Shown here one piece after another: positions 25,878 through 37,080 of a stretch of DNA of 64,000 nucleotides. The stretch's first letter is position 1. Each line of letters starts with the position of its first letter. Source of the stretch: Haliotis rufescens (lineage: Eukaryota); contig NW_025963779.1 in the NCBI RefSeq assembly GCF_023055435.1, forward strand, positions 48,794,001 through 48,858,000. Direction: 5' to 3'. The position numbers were made by a program, and so were the translations under genes. The notes beneath the pieces are model-generated. The model was not told where the DNA came from. It did not search any database and saw only the letters and a list, made by a program, of their open reading frames with translations.

Positions 25878-26993
25878 TCAGCCACTTTCCGCTTTGGTTA
25901 CTGAATCGCTGATAACATCTGAACTGCTCTTCGAAAATGTCAAGGCTTGGTAAAGAGCTGGGTAACATGAATGTGAGAAGTCTGTGAGAGAACTAGGATA
26001 TGGCATCTGTGGCATGTAGGTCCCACCCAGGGACGAGCATCCCGGAGGAGAGCTGGAGAGAGGGGAGCCGGTCAGAGAGTTGTTGATGCTGCTGGCGTTG
26101 TAGTAGCCAGCTGTAGGAGGAGAGTAGCCTGTAGGAGATGTCATAGTCCAGGGACTGGGGTCAGGCCTATTTGCTGTGGTGTAAGGATAAGTCTGGGTCA
26201 GTCCTTGGGGTAAGGGACCGAGACTTAGGGGGTTGAAACCTGGGTAGGGGGGCGGAACCCCGTAAAGACCAAACTGTCCGTTCGGACTGACCTGATGAAG
26301 AGTGGTGTCATCCTGGCGTTGTTTTTGAGCAGACTTGAAACGTTTGGAACGACGAAGGAAACTGCCGTTACCGAACATGTCCCCACAAGAAGGATGCAGA
26401 GCCCACAGGTTACCCTTGCCTGGTTTCCCTGGGGGTCGGGGCACCTTGACGAAACAGTCATTGAGGGAGAGGTTGTGTCTGATGGAGTTTTGCCATCTCC
26501 GTTGGTTGTCTTGGTAGTAGGGAAATCTCTTGACGATGTAGTTGTAGATGTCGTTGAGAGTCATCATGCCTGTTGTGGAACTCTCGACGGCCATGGTGAT
26601 GAGAGCAACGTAGGAATAGGGAGGCTTCTTGTTGGAAAACTGCCTGCTTTGTTGTGAGAGGGTCGACGGTATGGAAACGTCAATGCCGACGCCGTCATTA
26701 TCTGAACATGACGATGGCGATGATATGTTGCTGATGTCGTTTTCTGATGGGATAGCCAGGGGCTCTACTCCCGGGGAGACCTCCAGGGCGTTTTGTACCA
26801 TATCAAGAGGTACAGTTGTTTCCCCGGGATTTGTAAACACTATGTGCGACTCGGGACTTGAGTTTGGAGACACCAATGACAACATCTGCTGCATCGAAGA
26901 AAACGACGACATCATGTTGGATAATTTGTCAGTTTCTTCCGTGCTATAGTTAAACATATCTATACCAGGAACACTCGTGTTGGTGGCCGACAT
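25878..26993 (-). CDS. foxAB: FoxAB-like copy 4 (371 aa from first ATG)
   Basis: Same forkhead domain. The ORF-track start at 27023 is GTG; the first in-frame ATG is 26993. TATATAA at 27071-27077, AATAAA at 25699-25704 (minus). Confidence 0.9.
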   Translation of the reverse strand: MSATNTSVPGIDMFNYSTEETDKLSNMMSSFSSMQQMLSLVSPNSSPESHIVFTNPGETTVPLDMVQNALEVSPGVEPLAIPSENDISNISSPSSCSDNDGVGIDVSIPSTLSQQSRQFSNKKPPYSYVALITMAVESSTTGMMTLNDIYNYIVKRFPYYQDNQRRWQNSIRHNLSLNDCFVKVPRPPGKPGKGNLWALHPSCGDMFGNGSFLRRSKRFKSAQKQRQDDTTLHQVSPNGQFGLYGVPPPYPGFNPLSLGPLPQGLTQTYPYTTANRPDPSPWTMTSPTGYSPPTAGYYNASSINNSLTGSPLSSSPPGCSSLGGTYMPQMPYPSSLTDFSHSCYPALYQALTFSKSSSDVISDSVTKAESG

Positions 26994-28335
26994 AGTGAAG
27001 TCTGTTGGTTGATGCTTCGACACTGAGAGATATCGAATAGTTAATGTGTCTATTGGTCATTCCACCATTATTATATACACTACACATAATCCACTAAAAC
27101 TACAACTCTCAGCCCAATAAAGGCAATTAAAACCAGCTATTGTCTACTTAATTAAGCCTAATTGGCACATCAATCCCAGAGAAGAGACTGATCAGAATCC
27201 TGCCATCTGATTGGTTGCCGGTGACGAGTCCTACCTTGTAATCCCACGAGCACGACTGAACCGAAGTGTTCAGTGAAAACAAGCATTGTGTTTATACCTG
27301 ACCAGTTAACAAACACCAAGGGAACATTTTCATGTTTTCATTTCCAATATTGCGAATCTAGAAGAATTCACTTCAATTCAGAAGTCAAATAATACTAATT
27401 TCTGGCAGATACACATCTGTTTCGTAAATACATGTCACACTAATTGCACAGTAAATACAATTTAAATTTGTGAATTAAGAAAAGGCACTTTGTATGTTTC
27501 ATGTTTAATTATTTTGCATTGCACTAGAACAAACTGGACATGATCTGTCTGTGACAACTTCAACTCTCTCAATACAAGAACATTTTTGTTCAGTATAGAA
27601 TATATATATTCTATACTGAACAAAAAATGTTCATATATATATATTCATGAGACAGCGAAAGTACTATGTCTGAAACTGATGATGGACTAACGTGGACTTT
27701 ATTATTTTATTATATATTACATGTATACCGAGTGAACATTTACTCATATATATATATATAAATTCAATATCAATTTTCACAAATCTAAAATATCAACAAA
27801 GTACACTCTTCAACCAAGTGGGGTGTGCTATGTTCATGTATCATATTGACTAGTATAGGTGATCATTCGGTAAAAAATAAAGACATCAATTGAAACATAG
27901 GTCTCCAGTACGCAATGAAAGTTGAATGTGACGAATTACGTTTTAAATGTCTTCCAAAACGGTCATTGATTGCAGACGAATAAAGACGTAATAAATGAAT
28001 GCCTTGTGCACCTCGGTGTCGTGTAGCGCATTGCATGCATATATCATATACATGGACACAGCGGAATAAGCCACTTAACTCGGAACCACTAATGTTCCTT
28101 TAATTTGCGTAAATTCCAGTGTCCCATTCTTGTAGACAATAACGACTAAACTGAAGATTGAGAGGGGCACTATGTGTGACCTGGCTGACAGTTTGTCATG
28201 TCAAAGAGTAGATGCGGTCATAGTTTGTGTTCAGACTGGCTTACATGGAGCCTTCGTGATGCTGGTGTGTGGAGTAAACGCTACAAACCATTCAACTACT
28301 GCTTAACACAACCCTAATCTCACCATCTCACCCAG

Positions 28336-30210
28336 AACGAACGAACGAACGAACCAACGAACCAACGAACCAACCAACCAACAAACAAACAAACGAACCA
28401 ACCAACGAACGTCTTTATTTCCTCCAGATAAATAAATCCGAAGATTCTCAAAACATCAAGATTATGTAATTAAATAACAAAATAATCAAACAAATATATG
28501 TATATATTTCATCAATGACATTGTTATCTGCACCAAGAAAAATGCTAACATATCATGGTCTTCCATCATCTCTATTTTAACATACGTTTCAACATCAAGA
28601 TTATCAATTAGAGTGGAAAAGAATACATCTCTCTCTGAAAGTAGACATTCACAGTTTAAGATGACATGATGATAATAATCATTTGCAAAAGTATTACATT
28701 TTTTGTACATTCTTTTGATATTTTGCTTCTGGATCCAATCCTTATTACATACTGTATTTCTTCTCTCAATTCTGGACATAGCATTACAATACACATGAGG
28801 AGTAAGTGTTGTGTGAATTTTAGAATATCAAAACAGGTCAGCTCTACATGATAATTTATATTTCCATACTTCTTCATCGTGGGTAGTTATTTCATTTAAC
28901 ACAATCTGTCTCAACTTAATCTTCGCGGGGAGTTCCCCCTTGCAAACGGAATGAAATACATGATGAAATAGGTTATTTTTCTCAGCTGTTGAAAGCAATA
29001 CCCCACATAAAATGTGTAAATTATTATGAAAATGATAGAGTGACGTAGATGCGCAGAAAACAGTTTTACAAGTTGAGACACATGAGTTGTTGCATTACCG
29101 CCCCAGCAGCTGTAGTCTACATTTATCTATATAGCCAACCATGCTCAAAAGTCCCAGATAAGCAATAGTGGCATCAGTGGGGGAACGTTTGTCAAACCCT
29201 TGTACAATCCTTGCAAAGTAACGCTGGGTGCTTTCAGCTCACTCAAGATCTTTACCATGCAGAGGAGGTAATAATTCACATCCATAAAAACTTGTTACGA
29301 TCATTCTTTTCCATATCTTAATACTTGCATACTGATGTAAGTCACTACTATTTAGACCAACAGAGAGGAGAGAATTAATAGTAAGCCTTGCTTTTGTCTA
29401 GTTCTCTTCAATATATAATTTGAAAGAAAAAATACTTTGTAGAACAACACCCGCATATTTTACATTATGAAACAAAGGTATGTCATGAACTCCAAAATGA
29501 TAAGCATGCCTACACAATAATTGTTTCTTTTTATGAAACACAACAATTTCACTTTTCTATGCGTTGTAAGCTAATCGCCATTTGGATGCGTAATCAACAA
29601 CTGTATCTAAGGCTGTCTGTAGACCTTTAGGGCTGTAAACTGATAGGAGTAGTATCATCAGCAACTAACACGCATGGTAAACTAACATTACATCTACATA
29701 TTCCTGTATGTAACTCCCGAAGCTCAGTCATGAGGTCATTTATGTACACAAGAAAAAGCCAAGCTAAGATAACTCTACCCTGACCTATACCTTGTCTAAC
29801 AGCAAATGCATCAGATTGTTCGCCCTTATACTGAACACACGCATACATGGAAGTATAACAGTGATGTAACAGAGACCACATTTTACCTCCAATACCAAGA
29901 TGATAGAGTTTTATGAAGAGACCCGAGTGCCATATTCGATCAAAGGATTTCTCGTTATCTAGAAATGCTGTGTAGATACATGATCCCCTGTTAACATAAC
30001 TTTGAACATATTCGATGAGGGTAAACAGCCACATGACAACACCGTGCTCCTTCCTAAAGCCAAGCTGCAACATATCGGGGAAATTACAGGCATTTCGGGA
30101 TGTCCACGTTTCTAATCTTTCTAGGAGAATTTTCTCAAAAAGCTTACTAAGGCAAGATGTTAGAGTAATACCTCTATAATTGACAGGGTTTTATTGATCT
30201 TTTTTACCCT
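28336..30210 (-). mobile_element. 5'-truncated LINE (RT domain to 3' end) with tetranucleotide tail
   Basis: NPVNYRGITLTSCLSKLFEK, QLGFRK, AFLDNEKSFDRIWHSGL, GQGRVILAWLFLVYINDL, VADD, and C-terminal CKKC...HVILNC. AATAAA is followed by a (GTTC/GTTG/GTTT)n tail at 28336-28410. Confidence 0.85.
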
Positions 30211-33200
30211 TATAATTACACAGTTGGCGAGGTATGTGGACTGCACCCCTAATTGTGTATTCCTTCTGCAGTGTTTTATGTGTGCGAAAAACAACTCTCA
30301 CTCGTCCTTTATTTCTTAAGTAGCCATGCAGATATTTTATTTTATAGAAGCACAGATAAAATCAGCGTCCATGCTCTGACAAGAAAACATACACAACGGT
30401 TAACAGCACAATAGTGCTACAGTAGATGAATACATATGTAAAATAAATTTTGGAAAAGTTTGGAAATAATAGGAAGTTTTGTAAGTGAAATGTTGACTGG
30501 AAAGTATATTTAGTATTAGATTTGATTAATTACCAAACATATTCTAAAGTTAAACATTGAAGTGACAGAGGCGCCCGGAGAGAAACCGACACTCCTGTTT
30601 TGTACACCCAGTACAATGTAAATGCCCGCAGGATGCAGACACTACAGTAATAAATCTCAACCCAGCTGTCAGTAATAAATATGTTTGTTACGTCGTAATC
30701 TGTTAATCATTCATTTATAACATGTAGAATAGTGCGTCTATTTATATCTAGTAAATTTATCTTAATCCAGTTTGTCATTCTAATCTAACTGTATGTTCAT
30801 AAACCACTCAATCATGGCTGTGCAATGCTAATTTCCCACACTGAATATTTTATTAAACATGTCACATTAATTGAAAGAAAAACAGTTCCAGCAACACATA
30901 ATACAGTGCCACTGAGTTGTTTGCCACACCTTGGTTAGAGTAACTTACGTCACTTGCATATTTATCCTAATATTTCATGAATACAAATATGGGATTTGAT
31001 TTTATCCTTTGTTGCTGTAAGTCGAGTCATCAGTTTTAAACACCTCAGGTATTACGTGAACTTTGTGCATTATTCTAAAACCAAGTGTATTTTGATAAAC
31101 AAACATTCATGTGATATTTCGATCCACACATGAATGAAGGGTCCGACTCGTCACAAGCGTCCTTAAAATGTCTGCTAATACACATTCATGTAAACCGGTA
31201 CTAGGATTTTCAGATTAAATTAACATTATTTTATACAGAATGTAGGCCTCTCGGCCCATAATTCTCAGTACTAGCCGTTTATGTGATAAGTAATAATACA
31301 TTATCGTAATTATCATTACAGATGCGTATAAACAAAATCCAACATACTGCTGACCTCTCGGCAGTAACCTGTCCCCAGTGCTTACATTGCATTATGTTTA
31401 CATTTATAGATACCTTAACAGATTCAAGTGGCTTACAGTGATATGCTATGTTTGAAACAGCATTCACAAACATGAAACGAATTCACCCTCAGTAAATACA
31501 TTCAAAAACGTTTATCTCTCCAATTCTTCCTTTGGATAAAACTGAAATATAAAAAAGCTCCTACTTTCCAGGCTTCCGTTTCTCTGTTGCACATGTTTAT
31601 CCTCCAAAACTGGCTCCAACAGGAGATATCACTTGGGTGAGATCAAGCGATATCTATATTGTACATATTGCTGCAATGAAATTGCATCACAACGCTTTGG
31701 TTAATTACCATGACGTCACAATCAAATGACATCACTAATGGTTCTGCTACTGAATCTGTTTGCAGTACTTTTGACTCTTAAGACACTGCTTATTACTGTC
31801 CACAAACAGTTAGAAGAATGATGTTGGATGATAAATAAAATCTCACCCTCGTGTCTTTTGATATCAAATATATCAACACTCGTTGATATATTTGATATAA
31901 AAAGACACTCGGGTGTGATTCTCTATTTAATACAGTATTGATACATCAGTAAATGTTAGGTGTCTGTAGTTATTTTCCCCTGAAACTGTTATACACTGGA
32001 CAAACAAACAGAAAATGTTTTTAATCTTCCACAACGGAGATATCTGCTGTTGAATGACAATAACGACAAAGTCGCTCTTCCCTTGGAATATTTCCCCACC
32101 TCTCCGTCTCTGTGTGTACTCGCCGCGAATAGCTGGAAAATTGCTGATGCGGTGTAAAAACAATACTCACTCACTCTCTCTCTCTCTCTATGTGTTTCCC
32201 CTCTAAATCTACAAAATACCTTTTTGAATTTGAAGCATTTTTAATATGTTGGAGAGATAAAATGCTATATGTAGAGATGTTTTAAGTTGACTGTTTACTT
32301 CTAGTTTATGATAACGAATATTAGATTTCCATTTCTGAAGGCGCACATCTCTGAGTCGTTGATGAGAAGCAGAGCTAAACGTATTGACACGGACAACATC
32401 TGGAGCAAGCACACGGTAACTGAGTGGGTTAGATCGCAGATTTTGTGTGCTGGCGATTAGGTGCCTCACTCTGGCGGTGTTGGTTCGAATCCCGGACGGG
32501 ACTCAACCCCCAACCCCTCACCCCCAAAAATACGAGAATCTGTACTTTTCCAAGAAAGTGTTATCCCAAATATATCACTTGTTAATTATGTCATCTTTCT
32601 CCAATTCCTGTCTAACAAATTGTTGAAAATCATCATCAATAGTTTGCTGATTGTTCTCAAATATTTCCTGGATCTTCAGATAATGCTGCATTCCGAAAAA
32701 AATAATACCTCTTTGTTGAGGGCCTGATCCTATTTGATGTAGTTTACGTCAACTTTCAATCTGGATAACGGCGCATGCAGCCTGTCTCGGGTTGTCTGAT
32801 GACCCACTCACACACTTCACTCGCCTGTGGCGGGTTGTTTGAAGTATCGCCATAGTTAATAAGATTAATCGCCGCTGGATTAGGAGGCGCACAGGTTGAT
32901 AATCTCTTTGTGGTTTTATCAACTACAGATTATCGCCGGTATTTGTCCGAGTGAAAATGTTAGTTCTTTGCTCCGACCCTTGGACTTAATACACTAAAGG
33001 CGCGATGGACATTGTTAATCAACGCCGTTAGAAGGTTCTTGATGAAACTGATTACTTGATCTTACGTTAATCAGGATAGAGACAAATGCGATATTCAACA
33101 GCACGACTGGCGCCAACCTAAGCAGACACTACGTCCACCGGCCGCGACTTTGAGACATTAAGAACACAAAATTAACTTTTTTCAGTTTAACTTAAGCGTT

Positions 33201-34892
33201 TGAACTAACCGACGTTTTTAATGTGCATGTATACTGATCGGGCTCTCTTCAGGGCGTGTTTGTAGAGATATGTTTCCTGAACATGTCCGTCTTTATTGTT
33301 AAAGAAGTGGGTACTGTATCTTGTCATTAGTTTCACAACCATCTTCGCAATGTCACCGAGAGATCACGTTCGTATCGGTCAAATAAAACAAAGCGGTTAA
33401 TGTAATATTGTTACATTGAATAACTTTATGACAAACACACTCAGTGTATTATGATTTTGAGAAACAAAGATACATATATAAAGACAATAAAACGACAAAA
33501 CACTTTTCCATAAAATTATTCACGAGAAATCTCTTCCAAAAGCAGAGTCGATTGTACGATTCCGACTATGTTTTGAGGATGTGTTTATGAATCACGACCA
33601 AATAGTGATGATTCCAGGTGTTCGCAAAAAGGTGAACTTATCCTGCCCCACCCGTGACACCCGTCACAAACACATGCAAAGGCCAAGCAGTTGTTCACCT
33701 GTAAAAATAACGGGAACATATGTTAAAATAAGGAATTGCATCGGACATCATTCAGGTCACTGATTGGTCAAATTTTGAAATGTCTTCCACATATGTATCA
33801 TACAACTTTTGAACACATACTAACGTTTAAACTTTCAATACACCAAGCAGGTAATGTGCACTTGTCATTTAGTTAACAGCATTTGGAAATAGCAGGGGTC
33901 ACATGATATCCTATCCGTGAGGCGACTCACATGTTGACCGTGTGGTCATCTACACCCGCGTTGACATCAGGCCAAGGCAACAGTTACCACAGGTCGTGTG
34001 CATGGAGGACACCTGTACGATTATATTTTACTTGTCCAGAGTCATAGTCTGTATAACGAGGCTATACGTGCCTTCCTTTTGCCCTTTCAGTCGGGTGTTG
34101 TTACTCTGCCTGCATTTCCATTTCTTGGAACAATACTTTGACTACCTACATGGAATGTAGAACGTAGATGACTGGTTTCTACGTGATCTACGATGTGGGA
34201 CATGGCGTGTATTTATAATTACACTGACAGCCACAGCAAAGGTATGTTATTCAGGTATGCAAACCCTCTACCATGTGTAACATATATCATCCTTTAGTGT
34301 CAAGACATGTCATTGAAATAATCAAAGAATGCGCCCTCATACATCAACACTAACGCATTGTGCTATGTGTCTTGCAACATATTTCTTCACCAATTTCTAC
34401 GTGTTCCTACACGCGTCTTAAAGAGACTTCTCAACACTGAGATTTAATGTCCAAAACATTGATTCGCATTTACCATTTAACAGATGAAATCCACCCGTGG
34501 CATAAAACGAAATCGCTTGCGCTTGTGTACCTTTCATGCCATTATTTTAGCAGTTTTGACCTGATTTTATTTTGATGACATTGTGTATTCCGGCCACCCA
34601 TAGGCACACCTGCCTCAGTATGTCACACACAGTTGGCGAAGTACAAGTAGGGAAAACTTCGTCATCGTATTGCACTCAACCCCTAACTTCAAAGGGGGAT
34701 ATGATAAAACACTTCAGTTGTTCGGCGGCTTAAAAGTGGCCTCATTCCGAACTTACAGGCCTCTTAATATGTAGTTGTTCCATTAAAGTGTATGGCTTGG
34801 CAGTCATAACAGGCGACATCAGTGTAGATACATGACCTCTGGATTCACCGGGACCAAATGTATCCCTGCATGAGCTGAGGTTAAACGGAATT

Positions 34893-34993
34893 TGAGCGGG
34901 GTGTGTGTGGCTGCTTGTACTAGTCCGGACTGATGTCGAGTTCATAGTCCTAGCCCACTGAGATACCATGCCGCAGTTTAACATGAATACCAC
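34893..34993 (-). mobile_element. SINE family B internal fragment
   Basis: ggctgcttgtactagtccggactgatg...gagataccatgccgcagtttaacatgaatacc matches about 56583-56665. Confidence 0.8.
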
Positions 34994-36044
34994 ACGTTAT
35001 CAATCACGTTAATATGATTTGCATTGTCTAATTCAGAATGTTGTCTAAAGGCTCCGGGTGTATATGCGGGATGAGATGGATCCATCTGTATAAGACCATA
35101 AAGTTAACCTAAAACACAGGAAACAGGCCAAGGTATGTCCTCAGACCCCCATTATTAAGGATGTCTGCTGTTTGTGTGATCGCTGCGCAACTCTTACTGT
35201 CCTTATCGGGAGCCCTTTAACGGCAAATACACATCTATCGCCAATAGGAAGCAGTGCAGCTGAGGATCGTAGACAAACTGATGCCAGTATTGCTGCAGGT
35301 AGCACGGTGAACTTCTTCAATCTAAGATTCAGTCCTTTGTAACCTCGTTTCGTGACGCCATAGCAGCATGTGACGACCTCAGTGGAATATCGGATACTAG
35401 TTTGCATACAAACATATAAACTTATTATGTTTTCTTCTCGATCTACCATTTATCGACAGGTTGTTAAATATTTTAAAAGCTTATATACTATTGATTAGTT
35501 TTGCATACAAAACTGCTGCCACGGTGTGTGATTGACATCTGACAGATTGTGTGTCATTGTACCTCCAATAAGTAACAGGCTGCTATGAATTCAATGTTAA
35601 TACTGCTGGATGTGACGTAAAGTGATATTCACTGGCCCATTACTAACAGTCAGGTATTATTAGAGTATCACCCCTAAACATTGCTACGAGTAACACAAAC
35701 AGTTGCCTTCATTCGCATTAATCACAATCGGTGAAACCTTTACACCTATACAAAGTAATGTTATATGACATTGACAGAAATGATCAAACACAAGTAAAGG
35801 TGACATTTCATCTGATGAATATGCTTTCAACTGGGATTTATGTCCCCGGCTTCTAAACACCCAAGCATGTAAGAAACTGTCCCTCAGTGGAGCTGGCATG
35901 TATAACAACTAACAAATGCCAGAAACGTACGAGTATAACAAACGTCAGCCATCAATAATTCATGCCGACTTCATGAGCACGTTGCTACTTCAGAATACAA
36001 ACACTTGGAGCAAAAATTGAAAACATTGTCAGTAATTATGCGAC

Positions 36045-37080
36045 AAGCACGGCATCCATAGGTTGTTGCACACGTTGCTTCATACATTATAAAGCATGAC
36101 GTCCACAGGTTGTTGCACACGTTGCTACATACGTGACTAAGAATGACGTCCACAGGTTGTTGCACACGTTGCTACATACGTGACTAAGCACGACGTCCAC
36201 AGGCTGCTGCACCCGTTGCTACATACGTGACTAAGCATGACGTCCACAGGCTGCTGCACCCGTTGCTACATACGTGACTAAGCATGACGTCCACAGGCTG
36301 CTGCACACGTTGCTACATACGTGACCACGCATGGCGTCCATAGGTTGTTGCACACGTTGCTACATACGTGACTAAGCATGGCGTCCACAGGTTGCTGCAC
36401 ACGTTGCTACATACGTGACTAAGAACGACGTCCGAAGGTTTTTGTGCACGTTGCTACATACGTGACTAAGCATGACGTCCACAGGTTGCTGCACACGTTG
36501 CTACATACGTGAATCAGAACGACGTCCACAGGTTGTTGCAAACGTTGCTACATACGTGACTAAGAATGACGTCCACAGTTTGCTGACACGTTGCTACATA
36601 CGTGACTAAGAACGACGTCCACAGGTTGTTGCACACGTTGCTACATACGTAACTAAGCATGGCGTCCACAGGTTGTTGCACACGTTGCTACATACGTGAC
36701 TAAGCACGACGTCCACAGGTTGTTGCACACGTTGCTACATACGTGACTAAGCACGACGTCCACAGGTTGTTGCACACGTTGCTACATACGTGACTAAGAA
36801 TGACGTCCAAAGTTTGCTGCACACGTTGCTACATACGTGACTAAGCACGACGTCCACAGGTTGTTGCACACGTTGCTACATACGTGACTAAGCACGACGT
36901 CCACAGGTTGTTGCACACGTTGCTACATACGTGACTAAGAATGACGTCCAAAGTTTGCTGCACACGTTGCTACATACGTGACTAAGCACGACGTCCACAG
37001 GTTGTTGCACATGTTGCTACATACGTGACTAAGCATGACGTCCACAGGTTGTTGCACACGTTGCTACACACATGACTAAA
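36045..37080. repeat. 47-bp minisatellite, about 22 copies
   Basis: Unit gacgtccacaggttgttgcacacgttgctacatacgtgactaagcat. Confidence 0.95.

Noticed and set aside
33200-33262. Second hammerhead candidate (minus-strand CUGAAGA)
   Set aside because: It has no stem II partner and no correctly placed GAAA.
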